Counted from the first letter of the stretch, positions 28,812-37,821 are shown. The stretch is DNA of 64,000 bases from an uncultured Haliangium sp. (GCA_964601905.1 CAZRPN010000008.1:87-64086); one strand, 5' to 3'. Numbers and translations: made by a program. The notes: generated by a model not told the origin, from the sequence alone.

Positions 28812-29576
28812 ATGAAACGTCCTGCCAAGGCCAGCGCCCGGACCGTCGCCTGGCACGACCTCGGCGGCTGGTTTTCGCGCTGGTTCCCGGAGCTCGATTT
28901 CCAGAGCGTGTTCGTCGCCATCACCGGCTGTGCGGCGCTGATTCTCTATCTCTATCACGGCAAGCCCGAGGACTTCGCGCGCACGTTTCCGCAGTTCGCG
29001 AGGTCGTTGCCGCCGGCCAGGGTCGGCCTGTATTCCTACGTCTACTCCCATGTGGCGGCCTTCGTGCTGCTGATGTGCGTGCCCATCGCGCTGTCGTGGT
29101 TCTTCCTGAAGTTGAGCCCGGCCGATCTCGGAGTCCGGCTCCGCGGCGCCGGCCGGGAGTTCCGCCTGGTGCTGATCCTGTTCCTGGCCTTCGTGCCGGT
29201 GGTCATCCTCATGGCCCAGACCGCCGGGTTCCAGGCCAAGTATCCGAAGCTGCCGCTGATCAAGAACAGTTTCGATTACTTCGTCTTCTACCAGGCCGCA
29301 TACCTGATCAAATGGCTGGCCTGGGAGTTCTTCTTCCGCGGCTACCTCCTGTTCGGGCTCTACAAGCGCTACGGTGAGGGGGCGATCCTGTTTTCCACCA
29401 TGCCGTTCGTGATCGCCCACTGGGGCAAGCCCGAGGCCGAGATCTTCGCGGCCATCGCCGCCGGGTTCATCCTGTGCCGCCTGAGCCTCAACGGCCGGTC
29501 CATCATGCCGGGCATGGTCCTGCATTTTCTGGTTGCAGGCAGCATGGATTTCATGAATTGTACGTTCTGGCGCTAG
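28812..29576 (+). CDS. CPBP (CAAX protease/bacteriocin-processing) family intramembrane protease homolog with degenerate motifs
   Basis: Motif 1 is WEFFFRG (first Glu replaced by Trp). Motif 2 is FVIAHW. Motif 3 is HFLVAG (Asn replaced by Ala). Multiple TM helices. Confidence 0.78.
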   Translation: MKRPAKASARTVAWHDLGGWFSRWFPELDFQSVFVAITGCAALILYLYHGKPEDFARTFPQFARSLPPARVGLYSYVYSHVAAFVLLMCVPIALSWFFLKLSPADLGVRLRGAGREFRLVLILFLAFVPVVILMAQTAGFQAKYPKLPLIKNSFDYFVFYQAAYLIKWLAWEFFFRGYLLFGLYKRYGEGAILFSTMPFVIAHWGKPEAEIFAAIAAGFILCRLSLNGRSIMPGMVLHFLVAGSMDFMNCTFWR

Positions 29577-29659
29577 GTGTCAGGAAAACCTTCAGCAGCG
29601 GCAGGATTTCCCCGTCCCGCGCGCCGGGCGCCGCAGTTTTGCTTTCCAGGAGGGCAGCG

Positions 29660-30205
29660 ATGAAGACGGCTTTGAGGCAAGGCCTGATGTTTCTTTCATT
29701 TGTGATGGTCGCGGTTTCCTGCGGCGGCACCAAGGGAGCTGTTTCAGATCAGGCCAGGGGGCAATATCCGGGGACCGAGGACGGCCTGAAGAAACTGATG
29801 GGGGAGTTTCTCAAGGACGGCGGAGCCAACGCAGAGAAGCTCTCGCTGCTGCTGCGTCCTTCCGCCGAGGACTATGCGGCCGTGTTCGAGGGCGATTTCG
29901 CCAGGAAGGCCGAGGAGACCTACAAGGAGCCGTGGGAGAAGGGCCTGCTCACGCTGAAGGCCAAGCCCGCGCAGACCGAAATCACCGTGCTGGCGGTCAC
30001 CGCCGAAGATCTGAAGGCCAGGTCGGAGAAGAGCCGTGAGTTCCCGGGCGGCTGGCAGGAGGTGGCGCCCAACCTGAAGGCCGGCCTCACCGTCTACATG
30101 GTGCGCCTCACCGAGCCGGGCAAGGATCGCGGCGCGCGCTTCGACGGTCTCATCTACGTGAATGAACGCTGGCGCATTTTTCCGAAGCCCTGGCGCATCA
30201 AGTAG
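29660..30205 (+). CDS. small lipoprotein, function unknown
   Basis: CCAGGAGGG RBS, ATG at 29660. Lipobox MVAVSC. Confidence 0.72.
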   Translation: MKTALRQGLMFLSFVMVAVSCGGTKGAVSDQARGQYPGTEDGLKKLMGEFLKDGGANAEKLSLLLRPSAEDYAAVFEGDFARKAEETYKEPWEKGLLTLKAKPAQTEITVLAVTAEDLKARSEKSREFPGGWQEVAPNLKAGLTVYMVRLTEPGKDRGARFDGLIYVNERWRIFPKPWRIK

Positions 30206-30365
30206 ACTCGCGCGAGCTCCCCGGCCGCCACTTCTCGCGAAAGATTTCACCAATTCCCCTGCCGCTTCCAGGCTCCGGGTCGAAGAGCGGTGAAAATCGA
30301 GAAAAAGTCCCCGTCTCTGCAAGACTTTTTTAAGATTCAAAAACCCGGTTTTTTTTCTTGACCGC

Positions 30366-30385
30366 AATTGAATTTTCGTTCAATT
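30366..30385. promoter_or_regulatory. perfect inverted repeat AATTGAA-N6-TTCAATT overlapping a TTGACC -35-like box upstream of gcvT
   Basis: TTGACC at 30358-30363. IR arms at 30366-30372 and 30379-30385. 20 nt upstream of the gcvT ATG. Confidence 0.4.
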
Positions 30386-30405
30386 CTCGCTGGCAGGAGG
30401 TGCTC

Positions 30406-31518
30406 ATGTCACAGGCCAAACAAACCCCATATACCGGTATCCATGCGAAAATGGGAGCCAAGCTGGTCGACTTCGCCGGGCACCTGATGCCCATGCAATA
30501 CGAGGGTATCCGCAAGGAACACATGGCCGTCCGTCAGGAGGCCGGCGTGTTCGACGTCGCCCACATGGGTGAAATCCTGTTCCAGGGCCCCGGCGCCCTC
30601 GAGACGATCAATTACATGGTGGCCAACGACGTGGCCTCCATCCCGGACAACCACGCCATCTACACCCCGATCTGCCATCCCCACGGCGGCATCGTGGACG
30701 ACTGCATCGTCTACAAGCGCACCCCGACGGACATCATCGTCGTGGTCAACGCGTCCAACAAGGACAAGGACTTCGCCTGGTTCCGGGACCACGCCACCAT
30801 CGTCAAGCCCGTGGACGTCAGCGAGGACGTGGCGCTGCTGGCGATCCAGGGCCCGCGCGCGGAGAAGATCCTGGCGCTGGCCACGGGCGCGGAGCATCTG
30901 GCGACGATTCCCTCGTTCGGGCTGGGCTGGGTCGAGTTGTGCGGCAAGAAGACCATGGTCGCCCGCACCGGCTACACGGGCGAGGACGGCTTCGAGATCT
31001 TCATCCATCCCGATCAGGCCGAGGCCGCCTGGGAGCGCCTGTTCGAGTCCGGCCGCCCGCTGGGCCTGGCCCCGGCCGGCCTGGGCGCGCGCGACACCCT
31101 GCGCCTGGAAGCCCGGCTGTGGCTGTACGGCAACGACATCGACGACACCACGACCCCGTGGGAAGCCGCCATGAACTGGACCGTGAAACTGGAGAAGGGC
31201 GACTTCATCGGCCGCGAGGCCCTGGTGCGCCAGAAGGAAGAGAAGCCCAGGCGCAAACTCGTGGGCTTCGTGGCCACGGGCAAGGGCATCCCGCGCGAGC
31301 ATCACGACGTGTACCTGCCGGGCGCGACCCCCGACGCCCCCGGCGAGAAGATCGGTCACGTGACCTCCGGCACGCGCACGCCGTTCCTGAATCAGTCCAT
31401 CGGCATGGCCTACGTTCCGACCGGCTTCTCCAAGCCCGACACCTCGATCCTGATCGACGCCGGCGGCAAGTGGGTGCCCGCGACCCTGGTGAAAGGACCA
31501 TTTTACAAACGTTCCTGA
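30406..31518 (+). CDS. gcvT: glycine cleavage system aminomethyltransferase T
   Basis: GGCAGGAGG RBS. HAKMGAKLVDFAGHLMPMQYEGIRKEHMAVRQEAGVFDVAHMGEI. Sits in a gcvTH-PA-PB operon. Confidence 0.95.
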   Translation: MSQAKQTPYTGIHAKMGAKLVDFAGHLMPMQYEGIRKEHMAVRQEAGVFDVAHMGEILFQGPGALETINYMVANDVASIPDNHAIYTPICHPHGGIVDDCIVYKRTPTDIIVVVNASNKDKDFAWFRDHATIVKPVDVSEDVALLAIQGPRAEKILALATGAEHLATIPSFGLGWVELCGKKTMVARTGYTGEDGFEIFIHPDQAEAAWERLFESGRPLGLAPAGLGARDTLRLEARLWLYGNDIDDTTTPWEAAMNWTVKLEKGDFIGREALVRQKEEKPRRKLVGFVATGKGIPREHHDVYLPGATPDAPGEKIGHVTSGTRTPFLNQSIGMAYVPTGFSKPDTSILIDAGGKWVPATLVKGPFYKRS

Positions 31519-31576
31519 ATCTGGATGCGTTTTTACGAGGATTCTATCGACAGAATCAGTGAAGGAGAGACTGGCA

Positions 31577-31963
31577 ATGAGTGAATATCCGAACAATCTT
31601 CGTTATTCCCGTACACATGAATGGTTCGACCCCGAGTCCAACCGCGTGGGCATCTCCTCGTTCGCCGTGGGTCACCTCGGCGACGTGGTGGAAGTCGACC
31701 TCTCGGTGGACGAGGGAGACATCGTCGATGCCGGCGATGAGGTCGGGACCATCGAGTCCGTGAAGACCGCCAGCCCCATCTATGCACCGGTCTCCGGCAA
31801 GATCGTCGGATTCAACGAAGATCTGTCCGATGCGCCCGAGCTGGTCAACGACGCCCCCTACACCGACGGCTGGATCCTCGAGATCGAGCCGACCGGCGGC
31901 GATGACACCAGCGACCTCCTGGACGCCACGCTGTACTCGGATCACTGCGCTTCCGAAGAATAG
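31577..31963 (+). CDS. gcvH: glycine cleavage system H protein
   Basis: GAAGGAGAG RBS. Lipoyl-lysine motif IESVKTAS. YSRTHEW. Confidence 0.95.
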   Translation: MSEYPNNLRYSRTHEWFDPESNRVGISSFAVGHLGDVVEVDLSVDEGDIVDAGDEVGTIESVKTASPIYAPVSGKIVGFNEDLSDAPELVNDAPYTDGWILEIEPTGGDDTSDLLDATLYSDHCASEE

Positions 31964-32029
31964 TTCCATTCTTCGCCGGGGCCGGTGAACGCACTTTCAT
32001 TTCTCATCCCTCCCAGAAAAGGAGTGTGC

Positions 32030-33391
32030 ATGCGATATTTGCCCCATTCCCCCCAGGACATCGAACACATGCTGAAGACGATCGGCGTCGCCGACGTCGA
32101 GCAGTTGTTCCGCTCCATCCCCCGGGACCAGCGCACCGCGAAGCCCGATGAGTCTCCCGGGCTCCCCGAGTGCCAGCTGCGCCGGTACATCGAGGGTCTC
32201 GCCTCGAAGAACAAGGTCTTCTGCGTGATGCTCGCCGCCGCGGGCGTGCCGTTCCACGCGGTCCCCAAGGCCGTGGAGACGATCATCGGCCGCTCCGAGT
32301 TCCAGACGGCCTACACGCCGTACCAGCCTGAGGTGAGCCAGGGTACGCTGCAGGCCGTGTTCGAGTTCCAGACCATCGTGTCCGAACTGATGGGGCTGGA
32401 CGTGTCCAACGCGTCCCTGTACGACGGCGCTTCGGCCGTTGGAGAGGCCCTGCTGCTGGCCCTGCGCGCCCACAAGGGCAAGCGCCAGGTGGTGTGGGTC
32501 TCCGAGGGCCTGCACCCGCATGCCCAGACCGTGGTCCGCACCATGCTGCACGCGTTCGGTGATGTGGAGATCCGCTGGCTTGCGCTGGATGAAAAGACCG
32601 GCGCGACCGTCCTGCCCGGTCCAGTGACGTCCGAGGTCGCCGCCGTGGCAGTGGGATACCCCAATTTCCTCGGCGTGATCGAGGACGTGGCCGCGGTGGC
32701 CGCCGCCGCCCGCGCGGGCGGGGCGTTGTCGATCGTGAGCGTGTCGGACCCGTCGCACCTGGGGGTGCTGGCGTCTCCGGGCCAGCTCGGCGTCGACATC
32801 GCCGTGGGCGAGGGCATGGGCATCGCCGGCACCGGCGGCATGGGCGGCCCGGGCGTGGGCCTGATGGCTGTGCGGGACGAGTTCGTCAAGCAGATGCCCG
32901 GCCGCATCGTCGGCCAGACCGTCGACAACCGCGGCAACACCGGCTACGTGCTCACCCTCGCGACGCGCGAGCAGCACATCCGCCGCGAGAAGGCGACCTC
33001 CAACATCTGCTCGAACCAGGCGCTCGTCGCGCTCGCGTTCACCGTGCACATGTCGCTGCTGGGACCGTCGGGGCTCAAGGACATGGCCGTGCTCTCCCGC
33101 AACCGCGCCATGGAGCTTCGCCGCGGGCTGCTGGAGATTCCGGGCGTGCGCCCGCTGGTGTCCGGCCCCGTCATGAACGAGTTCGCCCTGGTGTTCCCCA
33201 AGGACGCACAGGGGCTGCGCGCCCACATGGCCGAAAACGGCATCTTCTTCGGCGTGCCGCTGGCCCGCTTCTATCCCGGCAAGCCGGAGTACCAGGAAGC
33301 GATCCTGCTGGCCGCGACCGAGGTCGCCTGCCGTGACGACATCGCTCACACCGTCCTGCTGGCCAAAGACTTCTACCGGGAGGGAAAATGA
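32030..33391 (+). CDS. gcvPA: glycine dehydrogenase (aminomethyl-transferring) subunit 1
   Basis: AAAAGGAG RBS, ATG at 32030. MRYLPHSPQDIEHML, TAYTPYQPEVSQGTLQAVFEFQT. Confidence 0.95.
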   Translation: MRYLPHSPQDIEHMLKTIGVADVEQLFRSIPRDQRTAKPDESPGLPECQLRRYIEGLASKNKVFCVMLAAAGVPFHAVPKAVETIIGRSEFQTAYTPYQPEVSQGTLQAVFEFQTIVSELMGLDVSNASLYDGASAVGEALLLALRAHKGKRQVVWVSEGLHPHAQTVVRTMLHAFGDVEIRWLALDEKTGATVLPGPVTSEVAAVAVGYPNFLGVIEDVAAVAAAARAGGALSIVSVSDPSHLGVLASPGQLGVDIAVGEGMGIAGTGGMGGPGVGLMAVRDEFVKQMPGRIVGQTVDNRGNTGYVLTLATREQHIRREKATSNICSNQALVALAFTVHMSLLGPSGLKDMAVLSRNRAMELRRGLLEIPGVRPLVSGPVMNEFALVFPKDAQGLRAHMAENGIFFGVPLARFYPGKPEYQEAILLAATEVACRDDIAHTVLLAKDFYREGK

Positions 33392-34878
33392 TGTCCATAC
33401 AGATTCAATCCGGTCTTCTCCATCGGGAACCCCCGATCTTCGAACTGAGCTCGCCGGGCCGCACCGGAGTCGCCCTTCCCTCTCCCGAGAACCTGGACTG
33501 CGAGGGGCTGCCGGAGAACTTCCTGCGGGACCGCGCGCCGCTCCTGCCCGAGCTCTCCGAGGTCGAGGTCGTGCGGCACTTCGTGCGCCTGTCCCAGTGG
33601 AACCACTGCATCGAGCTGGGCATGTATCCGCTGGGCTCGTGCACGATGAAGTACAATCCGAAGATCAACGACGCGATGTCCGGCCTGCCCGGTTTCATCG
33701 CCACGCATCCGCTGCAGGAGGACGACTTCGTGCAGGGATCTCTGGAGTTGATGTATCAACTCGAGGGCGCCCTGTGCCGGGTGTCGGGCTTCCACTCGGT
33801 CACGCTGCAGCCCTCGGCCGGCGCCAACGGCGAGTTCACCGGGCTGGCGCTGATCAAGAAGGCCATCGACCTGCGCGGAGAGGGCGCCCGGCGCAGGAAG
33901 GTGCTCATCCCGGACACCGCCCACGGCACCAATCCCGCCTCGGTCGTGCTCAACGGCTTCGAACCGGTGTCGATCATCACCGGTCCTGAGGGCGTGCTGC
34001 TCCCGGAGGCGGTCCAGCCGCACCTCAACGACGAGCTGGCGGCCATCATGGTGACCAATCCCAACACGCTGGGCATCTTCGAGTGCCACCTCAAGGAGAT
34101 CTCCGAGATGGTGCACGGCGCCGGCGGGTACGTCTACATGGACGGCGCCAACTTCAACGCGATCATGGGCAAGGTCCGTCCCGCCGACCTGGGCGTCGAC
34201 ACCATGCACTTCAACCTGCACAAGACCTTCGCCACGCCGCATGGCGGCGGTGGTCCCGGCTCCGGTCCGGTGGGCTGCACGCCCGAGCTGGCGCCCTTCC
34301 TGCCGGTGCCGCGCGTGCTGCGCACCAACGAGGGCCGTTACCGGCTGGTCAGCGAGCTGCCGAACACCATCGGCCGCGTGCACCCGTTCTTCGGCAACTT
34401 TTCGATCCTGGTGCGCGCCTTCACCTACATCATGGAGAACGGCGGCTCCGGCCTGAAAAAGGTGACGGAGATGGCCGTGCTCAACGCCAACTACGTGCGC
34501 TCGCTGCTGAAGGACACGCTGGCGGTATCGGTGGACGTGGACACGCTGCACGAAGTGGTGTTCACCGATCGCGAGCTCAAGAAGGAGACGCACGTTTCGA
34601 CGATGGACGTGGCCAAGCGTCTGCTGGACTTCGGCTTCCATCCGCCCACCGTGTACTTCCCGCTGATCGTTCCGGGGGCTTTCATGGTCGAGCCCACCGA
34701 GACCGAGAGCCGCATCGAGATCGAGCACTTCGTGGAGACGGTGAAGGCGATTGTCGCCGAAGCCCGCACCGATCCCGAGAAGGTGACCACGGCTCCGCAC
34801 CTCACCGGTGTGGGCCGCCTCGACGAGACCACGGCCGCACGCAAGCGCATCCTGCGCTGGACGCCCACTCACGCTTGA
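33388..34878 (+). CDS. gcvPB: glycine dehydrogenase (aminomethyl-transferring) subunit 2
   Basis: ATGA overlap with gcvPA. PLP-Lys region HFNLHKTFATPHGGGGPG. Confidence 0.95.
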   Translation: MMSIQIQSGLLHREPPIFELSSPGRTGVALPSPENLDCEGLPENFLRDRAPLLPELSEVEVVRHFVRLSQWNHCIELGMYPLGSCTMKYNPKINDAMSGLPGFIATHPLQEDDFVQGSLELMYQLEGALCRVSGFHSVTLQPSAGANGEFTGLALIKKAIDLRGEGARRRKVLIPDTAHGTNPASVVLNGFEPVSIITGPEGVLLPEAVQPHLNDELAAIMVTNPNTLGIFECHLKEISEMVHGAGGYVYMDGANFNAIMGKVRPADLGVDTMHFNLHKTFATPHGGGGPGSGPVGCTPELAPFLPVPRVLRTNEGRYRLVSELPNTIGRVHPFFGNFSILVRAFTYIMENGGSGLKKVTEMAVLNANYVRSLLKDTLAVSVDVDTLHEVVFTDRELKKETHVSTMDVAKRLLDFGFHPPTVYFPLIVPGAFMVEPTETESRIEIEHFVETVKAIVAEARTDPEKVTTAPHLTGVGRLDETTAARKRILRWTPTHA

Positions 34879-34943
34879 AAATTGCAAACAGGGATGGATC
34901 GGTCCCCCCACAGGCGCGCCTGGCGCGCTGAGGAGTTACTGCC

Positions 34944-36839
34944 ATGGAATGGCGCATGCCGAGGATGAAGGAAATCTATGAAGCCCGACTGACCACGGTG
35001 GAGAAAGCCTACCAGAAGATCAAGCCCGGCGACCGGATCTACATCGGCTCCGGCGTGAGCGAACCCCAGTACCTGGCGCGCCGGCTGGGGGATTTTCCGG
35101 CCAACATCGCCGACACCGAGATCCTGCACCTGATCAGCCTCAACGTCTCGCCGGTCACCTCCGGGAAGTTCCGCGACATGTTCCGTCTGAACACCTTCTT
35201 CATCGGCCGCGCGGCCCGCTCCGCGGTCTCGGCTGGCGAGGCTGACTACACGCCGATCTTCCTCTCCGAGATCCCCAAGTTGATCCGCAACGGACGGATC
35301 CCGATCGACGTGGCCCTGGTGCAGGTCTCACCGCCGGATCCGTTCGGCAACTGCTCGCTGGGCGTCGCCGTGGAGACGGTGCTGGCCGCCGTCAAGCACG
35401 CGACCTTCGTGATCGCCCAGGTGAACCGCAACATGCCCGTGACGCTGGGCGGCGGCTTCGTCAGCGTGGAGCATTTCCATGCCATCATCGAGTGTGACGA
35501 GCCTCTGCTGGAGTTCGTCTCCGAGCCGCCCGACGAGATCAGCGAACGCATCGGCTTCTATGTATCGCGGCTGATTCCCAACGGCTCCACGATCCAGGCC
35601 GGCATCGGCGCGATCCCCAACGCGGTGCTCAAGTACCTCAAGGACAAGAAGCACCTGGGCGTGCACACGGAGATGTTCTCCGACGGCCTGATCGACCTGT
35701 GGGAGTCCGGCGCGATCGACAACTCGGCCAAGAGCCTGCATGCAGGGAAGATCATCACGTCCTTCTGCCTCGGAACCCGGCGCCTCTACGACACCATCCA
35801 CAACAATCCGACCTTCGAGTTCTATCCGTCCGATTACGTCTCGGATCCCCGCGTGATCTCCCAGAACGACAGCATGTGCGCGATCAACTCGGCGCTGGAG
35901 ATCGATCTGACCGGGCAGGTGTGCGCCGACTCCATCGGCCACCGCTTCTATTCGGGCTTCGGCGGGCAGGCTGACTTCATCCGCGGTGCGGCGCTGTCCA
36001 AGAACGGACGCCCGATCATCGCGCTGCCGTCGACGGCCAAGAACGGGGAGATCTCGCGCATCGTGCCGCTGCTGTCCTCGGGCGCCGGCGTCGTGACGAC
36101 CCGCGGCGACGTGCACTACGTCGTGACCGAGTACGGCATCGCCTACCTCCACGGCAAGAACATCCGCGAACGCGCGATGGCGCTGATCAACATCGCGCAT
36201 CCGAAGTTCCGCACCCAGCTTCTCGAGGAGGCCAAGAAGCTCAACTACGCCTATCCGGACCAGATCCTGCCCAAGGACGGCGTGGTCTATCCGGACTACT
36301 ATTTCTGGAACTACAAGCTCGATGACGGCAGGGAGGTCCACTTCCGTCCGATCCGCCCCATCGACGAGGACAAGCTCCGCCGGTTCTTCTACAGCCTGCG
36401 GCAGGAGGACGTCTATTACCGGTTCATGGGCCTGGTCAAGACGCTGTCGCACTCGCAGGCCCAGCCGCTGGTGGTCCTCGACTATGAGGAGAAGTTCGCC
36501 ATCGTGGGCACCATCGGGGAGGAGCCGGACGACGAATTCGTGTCCATCGGACGGTGGTTCCTCGACCGTCCCACCAACCGGGCAGAGGTCGCCTTCACGG
36601 TGCTTCCCGACTGGCAGAACAAGGGCATCGGCCGCTTCCTGCTGCAGAACCTGGTCTCGGTCGCCCAGAGGAAGGGCATCCGGGGCTTCACGGCCGAGGT
36701 GCTCGCCGAGAACAAGAAGATGCTGCGCGTCTTCACGCGGTCGGGCTACAACACCACCACCAGGCTCGAGTACGGCGTGTACAGCGTTGAGTTCGACTTC
36801 GACCGCGCCAACGCCAACGAGTTCAACCCGGATTACTGA
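34944..36839 (+). CDS. acetyl-CoA hydrolase/CoA-transferase family domain fused to a C-terminal GNAT acetyltransferase domain
   Basis: GAGGAG RBS. CoA-transferase-like core GIGAIPNAV, SGFGGQADF. C-terminal GNAT (VLPDWQNKGIGRFLLQNLVSVAQRKGIRGFTAEVLAENKKM). Confidence 0.85.
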   Translation: MEWRMPRMKEIYEARLTTVEKAYQKIKPGDRIYIGSGVSEPQYLARRLGDFPANIADTEILHLISLNVSPVTSGKFRDMFRLNTFFIGRAARSAVSAGEADYTPIFLSEIPKLIRNGRIPIDVALVQVSPPDPFGNCSLGVAVETVLAAVKHATFVIAQVNRNMPVTLGGGFVSVEHFHAIIECDEPLLEFVSEPPDEISERIGFYVSRLIPNGSTIQAGIGAIPNAVLKYLKDKKHLGVHTEMFSDGLIDLWESGAIDNSAKSLHAGKIITSFCLGTRRLYDTIHNNPTFEFYPSDYVSDPRVISQNDSMCAINSALEIDLTGQVCADSIGHRFYSGFGGQADFIRGAALSKNGRPIIALPSTAKNGEISRIVPLLSSGAGVVTTRGDVHYVVTEYGIAYLHGKNIRERAMALINIAHPKFRTQLLEEAKKLNYAYPDQILPKDGVVYPDYYFWNYKLDDGREVHFRPIRPIDEDKLRRFFYSLRQEDVYYRFMGLVKTLSHSQAQPLVVLDYEEKFAIVGTIGEEPDDEFVSIGRWFLDRPTNRAEVAFTVLPDWQNKGIGRFLLQNLVSVAQRKGIRGFTAEVLAENKKMLRVFTRSGYNTTTRLEYGVYSVEFDFDRANANEFNPDY

Positions 36840-36860
36840 TATCAAACAGGTACTGCCACG

Positions 36861-37589
36861 ATGTCTGAAAAAGCTGTGATCCTTCTCTCCGGCGGTCTCG
36901 ACAGTTCCACCGTGCTGTCCGTTGCCAAGGCTGCCGGCTTCAACCTGTACGCGCTTTCGTTTTCCTATGGCCAGAGGCACGACTTCGAGCTGGCCGCGGC
37001 CGCCCGCATCGCCGCCGCCTGCGGCGTGCGCGAACACCGGGTGCTGAAGCTGCCGTCGGATCTGTTCTCCGGCTCCGCGCTCGTGGGCGGCGCCGCCGTG
37101 CCCAAGGACCGCGACCCGCTCGCGGAGGAAGGCATCCCCGTCACCTACGTGCCTGCGCGCAACACGATCTTTCTCTCGTACGCGCTGGCCTGGGCCGAGC
37201 ACCTCGAGGCCGCCGACCTGTTCATCGGCGTCTCCTCGGTCGACTTCTCCGGATATCCGGACTGCCGACCCGAGTTCGTGGCGGCCTTCGAGAACCTGGC
37301 CAACGCCGCGACCCGGGTCGCCACCGAGCTGGGACGGCACATCACCGTCCACGCGCCGCTTTTGCACCTGTCCAAGAAGGAGACCATCGAGCTGGGGGTC
37401 TCCCTGGGGGTGGACTACGGCCTGACGCACACCTGCTATGATCCCGTCGCCGTGGACGGCGATTCAGTCGCCGTGGACGGCGATTCAGTCGCCGTGGACG
37501 GTGCTGCCTGCGGCCGCTGTGATGCCTGCATCCTGCGCCGACGCGGCTTCGAGGCCGCCGGGATCCCCGACCCCACGCGCTACGCCTGA
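36861..37589 (+). CDS. queC: 7-cyano-7-deazaguanine synthase
   Basis: PP-loop [14 protein letters not shown]. Zn motif C...[10 protein letters not shown], with an expanded loop between the first Cys and CxxCxxC. Confidence 0.93.
   Translation: MSEKAVILLSGGLDSSTVLSVAKAAGFNLYALSFSYGQRHDFELAAAARIAAACGVREHRVLKLPSDLFSGSALVGGAAVPKDRDPLAEEGIPVTYVPARNTIFLSYALAWAEHLEAADLFIGVSSVDFSGYPDCRPEFVAAFENLANAATRVATELGRHITVHAPLLHLSKKETIELGVSLGVDYGLTHTCYDPVAVDGDSVAVDGDSVAVDGAACGRCDACILRRRGFEAAGIPDPTRYA
37446..37501 (+). repeat. in-frame 21-bp tandem repeat (GTCGCCGTGGACGGCGATTCA, about 2.7 copies) encoding (VAVDGDS)n inside queC
   Basis: Units at 37446-37466 and 37467-37487 are identical. A partial third unit runs to 37501. 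Confidence 0.9.
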
Positions 37590-37785
37590 AGAGAAGAGAC
37601 TACGGAGAAGACGAACAAAGAGACTACGGAAAAGACGGAGGGGGAGCGGAGAAGACGGAGGGGGAGCAGAGAAGACGGAGGGGGTAGATCGCGGAAAAGA
37701 CGGATCGTTTGTCCGGGGAAGATCCCCTCAAAACCCCATGCCTCGGTCTTTTCCTGAAATGATCCGTCTTTTCCGCAGTCTCTTC
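37587..37785 (+). repeat. copy A of the quasi-palindromic intergenic repeat element (199 bp), starting on the queC stop codon
   Basis: 5-prime TGAAGAGAAGAGACTACGGAGAAGACG. Three 20-bp tandem units at 37628-37687. Perfect 16-bp inverted repeat at 37691-37706 / 37761-37776. 3-prime end CCGCAGTCTCTTC. Confidence 0.8.
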
Positions 37786-37821
37786 CATTTAACGATGCAT
37801 GTTTTCACGTCTGGGTGTTCC

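Noticed and set aside
30206-30405. Glycine riboswitch upstream of gcvT
   Set aside because: I looked for the conserved aptamer cores and paired tandem architecture and found none by eye. This needs an Infernal scan for certainty.
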